Positions 1-8,914 of a stretch of 64,000 nucleotides of DNA are shown piece after piece. The DNA is taken from assembly GCA_963666425.2 (NCBI GenBank), contig OY762825.2, positions 1,952,001 to 2,016,000 of the forward strand, written 5' to 3'. The notes below the pieces were generated by a model. That model was not told the DNA's origin and searched no databases. It worked only from the letters and a program-made list of their open reading frames with translations. The first letter of the stretch is position 1. Each line of letters starts with the position of its first letter. Source of the DNA: Bacillota bacterium. GTDB taxonomy: Bacteria; Bacillota; JAAYKD01. A program made the translations under genes and the position numbers.

Positions 1-40
1 AGAATTGCCTCCGGTTTCACCCTGTTTCTCGTTTGAACGG

Positions 41-685
41 TTAGAGGTGAATCGTGCGGTGATCAATCTCAATGATTCCTTCCTGTTTTAGCTTTTTCAA
101 CTCCCTGAAAAGCGATGGCCTTTGCACGCCCAGGTAGTCGGCAAATTCTTTTTTGCTGAACGGGAGAACAATTTCAGAAGAGCCTTGCATAACGGACTGC
201 TGCCTGAAATAGTCCATAATGTTTTCTCGCAGCGCTTTTTGGGTCAGCATGGTGATTTTTCGATTCATACCTTGCGAATTCATTGACAAAGATTTTATAT
301 ACTGCAGGACAAAGTGATAATCACGGAGGAATTCCAGCACTGCGTCTCGCGACAAATAAAGCAAATCGCAAGCTGTTACACTATAAATATTGAGTGGATA
401 GGTGTTGTTGTCGCCAAAAAGCAAATTAGCTCCAATGATATTGTTTTCCCGAAACTCAAACATTGAATTGGCAGAACCATTTTCCGCTAAAGAATAGGCA
501 ACAAGATTGCCTGATAATACAACGTCAAGCGCGCTGCAGGCATCATGTTGATGATGAACGGTTACTCCTTTTGCATAATGTCTGACGCATACTTGATTTT
601 CCACAAGACATCGATTCAAAACGTCGTCATCTATCCCCGAAAGCAAGGCGATCTGCCGTATCTCTTCAATTGTCACCTGTATCAC
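41..685 (-). CDS. Crp/Fnr family transcriptional regulator
   Basis: N-terminal cNMP-binding beta-barrel (VVLSGNLVAYSLAENG...IIGANLLF) and C-terminal Crp HTH (LPFSKKEFADYLGVQRPSLFRELKKLKQEGII); divergent from the permease pair. Confidence 0.9.
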   Translation of the reverse strand: MIQVTIEEIRQIALLSGIDDDVLNRCLVENQVCVRHYAKGVTVHHQHDACSALDVVLSGNLVAYSLAENGSANSMFEFRENNIIGANLLFGDNNTYPLNIYSVTACDLLYLSRDAVLEFLRDYHFVLQYIKSLSMNSQGMNRKITMLTQKALRENIMDYFRQQSVMQGSSEIVLPFSKKEFADYLGVQRPSLFRELKKLKQEGIIEIDHRTIHL

Positions 686-781
686 CTCTTTTGAAACATC
701 ATAGCATAAAGAAACATAGGTGTCTATTTCAAATGAAAAAAACCCCCTATAATGCTATCAAATAGACATAGGAGGTATTTT

Positions 782-1264
782 ATGGATGTATTGACTTTGG
801 CAATGTGGATCGGGACCGCAATTTTTCTCGTATTCTCTCTGATTAGGGATAAGAAAAAAACAAAACAAGCGCTGAAAATGGCATTTGGCATGGGCAAAGG
901 GATGTTGGGCAGTATTTTATCGATTATTTTTCTAATCGGGTTGATCCTGACTCTCTTACCGCCTGCAAACATTGCCGAGTTCGTCAGCAAGCAATCGGTG
1001 CTTTTGGCCACTGTAATCGCTGCTGCGTTTGGCGCAATTACCCTAATCCCGGCATTTATCGCTTTCCCGCTGGTCGGTACGCTTGTACACGCGGGTGTGG
1101 GCATCGTTCCATCCGTTGCTTTTCTGACCACGCTGACGATGGTTGGCATCGTCACATTCCCACTGGAAATACGTGAATTCGGCGTGAAATTCACTGTCGT
1201 AAGAAATGGTCTGAGTTTTGTATTTGCAATACTGATTGCACTCGTTATGGGGGTGATTATATGA
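782..1264 (+). CDS. Predicted permease (DUF318-like), small subunit
   Basis: Multi-TM hydrophobic ORF; GGAGG RBS upstream of ATG 782 (ORF track starts at 752); overlaps the next permease. Confidence 0.7.
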   Translation: MDVLTLAMWIGTAIFLVFSLIRDKKKTKQALKMAFGMGKGMLGSILSIIFLIGLILTLLPPANIAEFVSKQSVLLATVIAAAFGAITLIPAFIAFPLVGTLVHAGVGIVPSVAFLTTLTMVGIVTFPLEIREFGVKFTVVRNGLSFVFAILIALVMGVII

Positions 1265-1986
1265 TGTTGATTCGCAAGGCAAAAGAAAATTTGTTTATCC
1301 TATTGATTGCGGCAGCTTACCTGGCTGTTTTTGTGGTAAATCAGAATTTGGGGATTGCTTCTGTTCAAAACAGTTTCTACTATATCAAAGAAATGATCAT
1401 GATCATGCCGGTCATCTTTATTTTGACAGCTCTGCTGGATTTATGGGTTCCCAAAGAAAAAATCATCAAGTATCTTGGCAAGGAAGCAAAGATGAAAGGT
1501 GTAGTCCTCTCATTTTTACTGGGCAGCATCTCTGCCGGACCGATCTATGCGGCATTTCCACTCTGTGTGATGCTGCATAAGAAAGGCGCTTCGGTCAGAA
1601 ATCTGGTGATCATTTTAAGCGCCTGGGCGGTAATCAAGGTTCCTATGCTGCTGAATGAGATGAAGTTTCTGGGACTTCAATTTATGGCGGTTCGTTGGGT
1701 CTTAACTGTGATTGCCATCCTGATTTTTTCCTGGATTACGGCAAAGGTTGTCCAAGATAAGGATCTATCTCAGCAAAAGAGAAATCAGAATGGTCCTTCT
1801 ATCAACAAATCCGCCTGCATGGGATGTTCTTTGTGTGCTAAAAATTACCCGGAATTATTTGAAATGCGGGACAAGAAGGCTTCACTCAAAACAATAGACG
1901 GGGCAATCGATCAGGAAAAACTTAGGCAGGCAATCAGCTCCTGCCCCGTGATGGCAATCTCATCCTCTGAAGAGGATGAAAAATAA
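1261..1986 (+). CDS. Predicted permease with C-terminal ferredoxin-like domain
   Basis: TM region with GSISAGPIYAAFP motif; C-terminal CMGCSLC...CP single-cluster ferredoxin signature. Confidence 0.7.
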   Translation: MMLIRKAKENLFILLIAAAYLAVFVVNQNLGIASVQNSFYYIKEMIMIMPVIFILTALLDLWVPKEKIIKYLGKEAKMKGVVLSFLLGSISAGPIYAAFPLCVMLHKKGASVRNLVIILSAWAVIKVPMLLNEMKFLGLQFMAVRWVLTVIAILIFSWITAKVVQDKDLSQQKRNQNGPSINKSACMGCSLCAKNYPELFEMRDKKASLKTIDGAIDQEKLRQAISSCPVMAISSSEEDEK

Positions 1987-2033
1987 TGCAGAATAACGAA
2001 CGGAACAGCATGTTTTTTTATCAAATGCTTGCA

Positions 2034-2065
2034 AGAAGGGTTTAACCGCACGGCTAAACCCTTCT
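2034..2065. terminator. Hairpin between convergent genes
   Basis: AGAAGGGTTTAACCG-CA-CGGCTAAACCCTTCT inverted repeat. Confidence 0.55.
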
Positions 2066-2087
2066 GCTCTATTCAGCAAGGTATTCG

Positions 2088-2636
2088 CTATTTACTTTCA
2101 ATAGATTCTTCATCCAGCTTCAGTGAATAATAGGCATGCGGATAATCCGCGCCGTGAAAATGGTACGTCTTTGTTTCGCCGCTGTCCTGAAAGCCGCAGC
2201 GCAGTGCAAGCGCGATGGAGCGCTGGTTGGTCAAAGCAATACAAGCCCGTATCTCGCTGACCGGCATGGCTTCTCTGACAAAACGGATGGTTTCCTGCAA
2301 TGCTTCAAAGGCATAACCTTTGCCCCAATAAGGTTTCTGCATGTCGTAGCCAACTTCCACAATGCCGGCCTTTTTTTGCCAGCAATGCAAGCCGATCGTG
2401 CCGAGTTTGGCATTGTCTTCTTTGCGGATGATGACCCAGCGATTCCATTTTTCTTCTGTTTGATTGGTGTAAAAATTGATCAGTTCATCCGCTTCCTGCA
2501 GGGTGGCCACCGGTTCCGCATCGTAGAGGTACTGATTGACATCAGGGTCAGAAAATTCACTTAAGACAAAATAACGGTCAAGCGGACAAATTCTTCTGAG
2601 AAAAAGTCTTTCTGTGTTACGGTTTGGGAAAAGCAT
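2088..2636 (-). CDS. GNAT family N-acetyltransferase (RimJ/RimL type)
   Basis: TERLFLR start, EVGY..YWGKGYAFEA acetyl-CoA motif, NQRSIALALRCGF. Confidence 0.85.
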   Translation of the reverse strand: MLFPNRNTERLFLRRICPLDRYFVLSEFSDPDVNQYLYDAEPVATLQEADELINFYTNQTEEKWNRWVIIRKEDNAKLGTIGLHCWQKKAGIVEVGYDMQKPYWGKGYAFEALQETIRFVREAMPVSEIRACIALTNQRSIALALRCGFQDSGETKTYHFHGADYPHAYYSLKLDEESIESK

Positions 2637-3177
2637 GATATTCCTCCTCTAAAAGTGCAAAGTAAAGATCGTCGAACCATTCTTCCCCCGCTTTGAAACT
2701 CTTGATAAAATGGCCTTCCTGGCGCATGCCCATTTTGCGAACCAGTGCAATCGATTTGAGATTGCGCGGATCGATGGAAGCGGTGATTCGATGTTTGTGC
2801 AGATGGGTAAACAGATAGTCAAATACAGCAGACATTGCTTCGCTGGCGTAACCTCGACCCTGGAAGGCAGGTGCCAGGGTAATACCGATTTCCACCTGCG
2901 CTGTGTCTGTTAAAAAGTGCAGTCCCAAATCTCCGATCATCGTCTGGTTTTCAGCCAAACAGATCGCCAATTGGAACCAACTGTCCGGCAGATCGGGCTG
3001 TTCTGCCAGCATCTGCCAGAAAACAGCCTGCTGTTGTTCGTTCGCCGCAGCAAAACCTTGATATTGATAGACTTCCGGCAGCGCACGGTAGAAAAACAGG
3101 GTGTCAGCATCAGCCCGCTGCAGACTGCGCAGGACTAAACGGGCTGTTGTGATTGGCAGAAAAGCCGGAACCGGCAT
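2617..3177 (-). CDS. GNAT family N-acetyltransferase (RimJ/RimL type)
   Basis: TARLVLR, EIGITLAPAFQGRGYASEA, NLKSIALVRKMGMRQEG. Confidence 0.88.
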   Translation of the reverse strand: MPVPAFLPITTARLVLRSLQRADADTLFFYRALPEVYQYQGFAAANEQQQAVFWQMLAEQPDLPDSWFQLAICLAENQTMIGDLGLHFLTDTAQVEIGITLAPAFQGRGYASEAMSAVFDYLFTHLHKHRITASIDPRNLKSIALVRKMGMRQEGHFIKSFKAGEEWFDDLYFALLEEEYHAFPKP

Positions 3178-3390
3178 CGTAAAACCTCCTATGCAGCAAG
3201 TTCTTCTCTTTTCGATTCAGACATAAGAAAACCCTGCCATGATTCGCAACGGAATGCTGATTTCCTATTTGACTATTGCGGCGTTCTCTTGTAAAATAGT
3301 GTCAATTACTCCATGTTCCCCGTGCAGCAGCTTTCGGTTCGCTGCAGAATAATCAAATGGCAGAGAAAAACTCTTAAAGGAGAGAACGAG

Positions 3391-4875
3391 ATGTCAGAAC
3401 TTCTCATTCGGAATGTTCGTTTGCTGGATGGCAGCGGCGCACCCTGGCAGCGAGGCAGTCTGTTGGTGCAAAACGGTAAAATCGCTGCGATGGGAGCCTT
3501 AGATCTTACGGCAGAACAGGAAATAGACGGTCATGATGGTTATCTGACGCCTGGTTTTATTGATATTCATACGCATGGCGACCGGGGAATTCTGCAATTT
3601 CCCGCAGCAGAGAATTACCTCCGTCAAGGCGTTACCACCCTGATCGGTGGGAATTGCGGCGGTTCCAGCTATCCCATCGGCATCCATCGCTCGGCTGTCG
3701 CGCAAATCGGCACGTCTCTGCATTATGGGCTCCTGGTGGGGCATGGCAGCATTCGTGAAGATGTGATGGGGATGGAAATGCGTCACCCCACAGCAGGCGA
3801 GCAGGTGAGAATGGAAGCCCTGACGGAAGCAGCCATGGCGCAGGGAGCGCTGGGTATGTCCTTCGGTCTCTATTATACACCGGGCAGTTATGCTAAAAAA
3901 CAGGAAGTAGTGGGTTTAGCCAAAGCAGTTGCCAGACACAATGGTTTTATCAGTATCCATATGCGGGATGAAAGCGATTATAATATCGGTTTGCTTGCTT
4001 CGGTGGAGGAAGCGATTGATATTGCCCGTCAGGCGGAAGTACCGCTGCAAATATCCCATTTGAAATGCTTGGGTAAATCGGTTTGGGGTAAAGCGGAACA
4101 AGTGCTGGCTCTCCTGGACGCGGCAAGAGCGGAAGGGCTGGAGATCAGTTTTGACCAATATCCTTATCTGGCTTCCGGAACCTCTTTGGTCGGCGCTTTG
4201 GTGCCGGGTTGGGCTCAAGCTGGCGGAACAGAGGCCATGCGGCAGCGTCTGCAGGATAGTGCTTTGCGCGCGCAGCTGCGGCTGGAAATGATGGCCAATC
4301 TGGAGCGCAGAGGCGGACCGGACAGTCTGCTGATCGCCGCTTGTCCGGCAACACCTTCCTTTAGCGGCACTAGCCTGAAGGAAGCCGCTGAGATTCTGCA
4401 GCTGGAAGCGGTCGATGCGGCTTTGATCATGATTGAAAAGGGTCCGGTTCAGATTGTCTCCTTTAATATGCAGGAAGCAGATCTGCGCAAAATCATGCAG
4501 CATCCGCTGGGCATGATCGGATCGGACGGCAGTATTGTGAAATTCGGCAAAGATGTGCCGCATCCCCGCTATTACGGTACGTTCCCGCGGGTCTTGGGCT
4601 ATTACGCCTTGCAGGAGGGAGTCATCACGCTGGCAGAAGCAGTGCGCCGAATGACATCCGCTCCGGCCGCTCGTTTGCATTTATGGGACAGAGGTTTGCT
4701 GCGTCCCGGCCTGCAAGCGGATCTGACCCTGTTTGACGGCAATACCATCCGGGATAACGCTACCTATGACAACCCGCATCGTTATGGCAGCGGCATTGAA
4801 CTGGTGGTGGTAGCCGGCCGGATTGCACTGCGGGACGGCGTGCTGCTGGATGCCAAAGCGGGAACCGTTCTATAA
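3391..4875 (+). CDS. N-acyl-D-amino-acid deacylase (D-aminoacylase, amidohydrolase family)
   Basis: PGFIDIHTHGD metal motif, GNCG, HMRDE, HPRYYGTFPRVLG; RBS AAAGGAG before ATG 3391. Confidence 0.88.
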   Translation: MSELLIRNVRLLDGSGAPWQRGSLLVQNGKIAAMGALDLTAEQEIDGHDGYLTPGFIDIHTHGDRGILQFPAAENYLRQGVTTLIGGNCGGSSYPIGIHRSAVAQIGTSLHYGLLVGHGSIREDVMGMEMRHPTAGEQVRMEALTEAAMAQGALGMSFGLYYTPGSYAKKQEVVGLAKAVARHNGFISIHMRDESDYNIGLLASVEEAIDIARQAEVPLQISHLKCLGKSVWGKAEQVLALLDAARAEGLEISFDQYPYLASGTSLVGALVPGWAQAGGTEAMRQRLQDSALRAQLRLEMMANLERRGGPDSLLIAACPATPSFSGTSLKEAAEILQLEAVDAALIMIEKGPVQIVSFNMQEADLRKIMQHPLGMIGSDGSIVKFGKDVPHPRYYGTFPRVLGYYALQEGVITLAEAVRRMTSAPAARLHLWDRGLLRPGLQADLTLFDGNTIRDNATYDNPHRYGSGIELVVVAGRIALRDGVLLDAKAGTVL

Positions 4876-4949
4876 AGACTGATTGAAAGTTCATTAAAAT
4901 TCCCACAGCCAGCGTTAGGAATGCTGTAAGCTGAAATAGATAACAAAAA

Positions 4950-6770
4950 GGGGCTGTAGCAAAACAGCCTAAAAAAACAGAGCCAAGTGGCTGCGAAAAG
5001 CAGACACAAGGCTCTGTTTTTTTGGTATAATTGAATCGTGAAAAAACCACTACACCGTGTCCATTATGGCACGAAAAAAAGAAATGTGCAACTAAAACTT
5101 GACGAATTTTTTGCTGAGAAAATAATTCCTGCAGATGACAGTGTGCGGCTCTTAGACGAAATAATGGAGGAGATGGATGAGACCCCGCTTTGGAGAGCAT
5201 ATCAACGCACAGGCCGTCGCCCGGCAACAAATCCCGTTACCATGCTGAAGCTAATGGTATATGCCAGTATGCAAGGCATTTTTTCCAGCCGCGCCATCGC
5301 CATGGCATGTAAGCGAGATATCAATTTCATCTGGCTGCTCAATGGAAAAAAAGCACCTAACCACAGCGAAATCGCGCGTTTTCGAAGTAAACGGCTGACA
5401 AAATGCGGTGAGGAGCTTTTCTACCAATTGGTGAAAAAGCTGGCAAACTTGAGTGAAATCAAGTTTGAGCATCTGTTTGTAGACGGGACAAAACTCGAAG
5501 CGAATGCGAACAAGTATAGCTTTGTCTGGAAAAAAAGCACGACGAAATATGAAAGCAGGCTACTTGACAAACTGTCGAAGTGGCTGCCTGAGCTGTCTGC
5601 AAAATACGGTATTCTGGCAGAAACGTCGGAAGATTTGCTGCAGATCCTCGAGCGCCGGATAACCGCACCGTTTGTCTACGGCAAGGGCAAGCGAAAAAGC
5701 GAGTTGCAAAGGGATATCGAGCAGCTTCGGGAACTGCTCGGCCGGAAAGAAAAGTATGCCGGATATCAAACGACCTTCCAAGGGCGGAATAGCTTCTCTA
5801 AAATTGATCCGGATGCGACTTTCATGCATATGAAAGACGATCATATGCGTAACGCGCAATTGAAACCGGGTTATAACATCCAACTTGGAGTGGAAGGTGA
5901 ATATATTACAGGTGTCCAGGTTTCCAGTGAGCGCAGCGATCAGCTTACACTCATACCCTTGCTGGAAAATATGGAATCACATCTGGGGACAAGTTACGAA
6001 GATGTCACAGCGGATGCGGGTTATGAGAGCGAGGAAAATTACACCTTTTTTGAAAATAAAACCACACAGTGTTACATTAAGCCTCAAAATTATGAGCGGT
6101 CTAAAACGAAGAAATACAAGAGCAACATGGCGCTGAGGGAAAACATGGCCTATGACAAGACACTGGATGAATACACCTGTCAGGCTGAAAAGAAGCTCAG
6201 AGCAGTTTATACAGGCAAACGTAAGAGCAAGTCTGGTTTTGAAAGTGAGATCACCTACTACGCATGTGAGGATTGCGGAACGTGTCCCTATAAAAAGAAA
6301 TGCACCCGATCGAAGGGAAACAGGAAACTGCAGGTCTCCAAGAAATTCATTGAGCAGCGTCAACAGTCACTGGAGCGGATCACCAGTGCCAAGGGGATCT
6401 TGCTGCGGATGAATCGTTCCATTCAGTCAGAAGGAGCCTTCGGCGTGATCAAGCAGGATTACGGCTTCCGTCAGTTCCTGCTCCGCGGCAATAAAAAGGT
6501 TTTGGCAGAGATTCTTTTGGTGGCAATGGGCTACAACATCAACAAATTACACAACAAGATTCAACAAAATCGCACCGGCAGACAATTGTTTAAAAAACTT
6601 ACGGCTTAACAATAGTAAAAATCAGAATATTTCCTGTATTTGGGTGAGATTTTATCTGACCTTTATATTTCTGTCTGCTGTTTTTCGTATTAGCTTGTTT
6701 TTCGTTTGTGAAAAATGATACTGGAGCATCAAAAAGAGACTGTAGCAATTTTTCATTTTGCTACAGCCCC
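4950..6770 (+). mobile_element. IS1182-family insertion sequence, copy 1 (1821 bp)
   Basis: 15-bp terminal inverted repeats GGGGCTGTAGCAAAA (4950-4964) / TTTTGCTACAGCCCC (6756-6770); second copy at 10297-12117 defines the ends. Confidence 0.9.
5038..6609 (+). CDS. IS1182 family DDE transposase
   Basis: GRRPATNPVTMLKLMVYA..SSRAI (DUF772-like), FVDGTKLEANANK, DAGY, CxxCxxxxxC, RSIQSEGAFGVIK. Confidence 0.92.
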   Translation: MKKPLHRVHYGTKKRNVQLKLDEFFAEKIIPADDSVRLLDEIMEEMDETPLWRAYQRTGRRPATNPVTMLKLMVYASMQGIFSSRAIAMACKRDINFIWLLNGKKAPNHSEIARFRSKRLTKCGEELFYQLVKKLANLSEIKFEHLFVDGTKLEANANKYSFVWKKSTTKYESRLLDKLSKWLPELSAKYGILAETSEDLLQILERRITAPFVYGKGKRKSELQRDIEQLRELLGRKEKYAGYQTTFQGRNSFSKIDPDATFMHMKDDHMRNAQLKPGYNIQLGVEGEYITGVQVSSERSDQLTLIPLLENMESHLGTSYEDVTADAGYESEENYTFFENKTTQCYIKPQNYERSKTKKYKSNMALRENMAYDKTLDEYTCQAEKKLRAVYTGKRKSKSGFESEITYYACEDCGTCPYKKKCTRSKGNRKLQVSKKFIEQRQQSLERITSAKGILLRMNRSIQSEGAFGVIKQDYGFRQFLLRGNKKVLAEILLVAMGYNINKLHNKIQQNRTGRQLFKKLTA

Positions 6771-6786
6771 TTTTTACTGGATGATG

Positions 6787-7728
6787 TTAATTGCCTTTGA
6801 CTTTGGTGGTTTTGTCGTTGCCGACTCCTTCGGGTTTGTTTTCAGTTCCGGAACCTGTCGGGCCCTCTTTGATTGGAAGCGAACCGGTGGTTACTTTACC
6901 GTTACCGACTCCTTCAGGTTTGTTTTCAGTTCCTAAGGTGACTTCTTCTGCCGGATCAGCAGTGGTGTTATTTTCGGTTTGCTCCGCTGCATGCTTGCGT
7001 TCGAGTTCTTTGTTTTGATTGGTCTGCGCCATGATTTCCTTTACCGGTTTGGTTAACCATTCGGTTTGGTCAATCGTGGCCGGTTCTTCTGCACTGGCGA
7101 TTAATTTTTCTACCAGATTCAATTTGCCGGGTGTGACGCCTAGCTCTTTTGCTTCGGTGACACGTTCCAGACCAACGGCTTCGGCATTGGCTACTTTTTC
7201 AACGTTGTTCTTTTCGCAGGCAGTATTGGCTGCTGTTTCGAGATCCGTGGCCAATTCAGCCGCTTTCTCTTTATTCTTGGCTGCGGTGGCAATCACAATA
7301 CCGTTGCCGCTGCCATTCAAATACCCGGCTTGGGCGATTTCGTTGACGGTGAGCGTAATGGCTTCTTCGATATTTTTGTTCTTGAGGTGAGCAAGTTCAA
7401 CCTCTGATAAAATCTCCTTGCCTTCGTCGTTGACGCCTTTGGCGGAAAGCACTCTGTCAAAACGGTTGACTGAAAATTCAATCGCCGGATTGACGTCCAA
7501 ACTGACATAAGTTGTCGGGGTGTAATACGCATAGGCGCTGCCCCCCAGGAAGACCATCATGCATGCTGCCACTAAAGCAGTAATTTTACTGAAACTCAAG
7601 TTGTTTCTCATGTTCATTTCTACCTCCTGCCCGATTGTATAGTTCCGGTTTTTCACGCGAACGATGCATCCGTCGTCAGAAAGCAGGGCTGCCTTGTCTT
7701 TGCGTATTTCTACAATGATCGCTTTCAT
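6787..7728 (-). CDS. rsgI: Anti-sigma-I factor RsgI-like membrane protein
   Basis: RsgI_N start (MKAIIVEIRKDKAALLSDDG), single TM, YVSLDVNPAIEFSVNRFDRV conserved extracellular motif; directly downstream of sigI; likely start ATG 7728. Confidence 0.8.
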   Translation of the reverse strand: MKAIIVEIRKDKAALLSDDGCIVRVKNRNYTIGQEVEMNMRNNLSFSKITALVAACMMVFLGGSAYAYYTPTTYVSLDVNPAIEFSVNRFDRVLSAKGVNDEGKEILSEVELAHLKNKNIEEAITLTVNEIAQAGYLNGSGNGIVIATAAKNKEKAAELATDLETAANTACEKNNVEKVANAEAVGLERVTEAKELGVTPGKLNLVEKLIASAEEPATIDQTEWLTKPVKEIMAQTNQNKELERKHAAEQTENNTTADPAEEVTLGTENKPEGVGNGKVTTGSLPIKEGPTGSGTENKPEGVGNDKTTKVKGN

Positions 7729-7732
7729 TAAT

Positions 7733-8446
7733 TCATTCTTCCTTTCGTATGAAGGATACATATTCTGCCAAACAGGGATACTCACCGGAAAGGAGTTCCA
7801 CTGCCGCTATAATATAATTACGGTGATGTTCCAGTAATTTTAGGGGTAGGCCCGTAAAAATGTGGATTTTTTTTTGCGGCAGCATTTTTTTAGCGTAAAG
7901 TTCGTCCCGCAGCGCAGGATGAGCCAGAATACAGCGCACTGCCAGCCGGCAGGCATTTTTTGTTTTGCGTGATTTCGGTGAGCATTCCGTCAAATCGTAG
8001 AAAGAGAAACCGAATTTTTCAAATTCGGCAGCGGCAGCGGCAATTTCATCTTTTACAGCCAGATCCTGATCTGCGGTCAGTTTCTCTACCACTTTAATCC
8101 GGTCGTGATAATCGCTTGTCTCTTCGCTTGCTTCCGTCCCGAAGAGGAGAGGATCCATGGCTTCTTCCTGATTGTGCTTCTGCTCCGTCCGATGGTAATC
8201 GATCAGGCGCCAGCGAATGCAGGTTTCGGCATATTTTAAAAAGCTGCCTTGACTGAAGTCATAGGTATTGACCGCATCGGAGAAGGCAAAGATGGCAATT
8301 GACCATTCGTCGTCTGAAGTAGTAATGAAGCGTTTACTGGCGCGGAAGGCGCAGCCTAAGATAAACCATTTTTGACTGATGATGAAATCGGAGAGGACAT
8401 CGTCATCTTTGGCCGCTTGCAGGGCTGTCTCATCGATTTGTCTCAT
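7733..8446 (-). CDS. sigI: RNA polymerase sigma factor, SigI family
   Basis: DDEWSIAIFAFSDAV..GSFLKYAETCIRWRLIDYHR and SigI-type C-terminus (FYDLTECSPK..LEHHRNYIIA); paired with rsgI. Confidence 0.85.
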   Translation of the reverse strand: MRQIDETALQAAKDDDVLSDFIISQKWFILGCAFRASKRFITTSDDEWSIAIFAFSDAVNTYDFSQGSFLKYAETCIRWRLIDYHRTEQKHNQEEAMDPLLFGTEASEETSDYHDRIKVVEKLTADQDLAVKDEIAAAAAEFEKFGFSFYDLTECSPKSRKTKNACRLAVRCILAHPALRDELYAKKMLPQKKIHIFTGLPLKLLEHHRNYIIAAVELLSGEYPCLAEYVSFIRKEE

Positions 8447-8686
8447 AGAGTCCCCTCCTTTCTGATTTTTCTGATTGTTTCAATTCTACAGCGAAAAGGA
8501 TCCAATTGTCAATTCCTGCAAAAATCAATCGTTCGGAGGTTTGCCAAATTCAGACCACCTCTGCTGCAATCGGTAACCTTGTAAAGAATTGTTATTAAAT
8601 GTCAGTGATATTGTAAAGCCTCTTGACTAGTACCAAAAAATGAGGTAAATTAAGCAAGATAAGTTTTTTAAATGGAGGCAATCTAG

Positions 8687-8833
8687 ATGAAAAGAATTCA
8701 AACTTTGGATACCCGCGATTTGGCTGCCAGTGCCAAGAACGGCGGCTGCGGCGAATGCCAAACGTCCTGCCAATCTGCCTGCAAGACTTCCTGCGGTATC
8801 GCCAATCAGCCATGTGAGAATAAGGACAAATAA
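8687..8833 (+). CDS. scfA: SCIFF six-cysteine ranthipeptide precursor (48 aa; not in the ORF track)
   Basis: Hand translation MKRIQTLDTRDLAASAKNGGCGECQTSCQSACKTSCGIANQPCENKDK*; GGAGG RBS; canonical SCIFF Cys pattern. Confidence 0.95.
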   Translation: MKRIQTLDTRDLAASAKNGGCGECQTSCQSACKTSCGIANQPCENKDK

Positions 8834-8844
8834 GTTCAACTGAA

Positions 8845-8890
8845 AATTGCCGCCTGTTTGCACGAGCGTGTGGGCAAGCGGCATTTTTTA
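8845..8890 (+). terminator. Stem-loop with T-tract between scfA and scfB
   Basis: TGCCGCCTGTTTGCAC-GAGC-GTGTGGGCAAGCGGCA followed by TTTTTT. Confidence 0.5.
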
Positions 8891-8914
8891 TCTTATGAGG
8901 AAGGAACTCTGGTT

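Noticed and set aside
3916-4680. Long antisense ORFs (e.g. 3916-4680, 9242-10018, 34203-34892, 35934-36647)
   Set aside because: Shadows of well-supported genes on the opposite strand, with no recognisable motifs.
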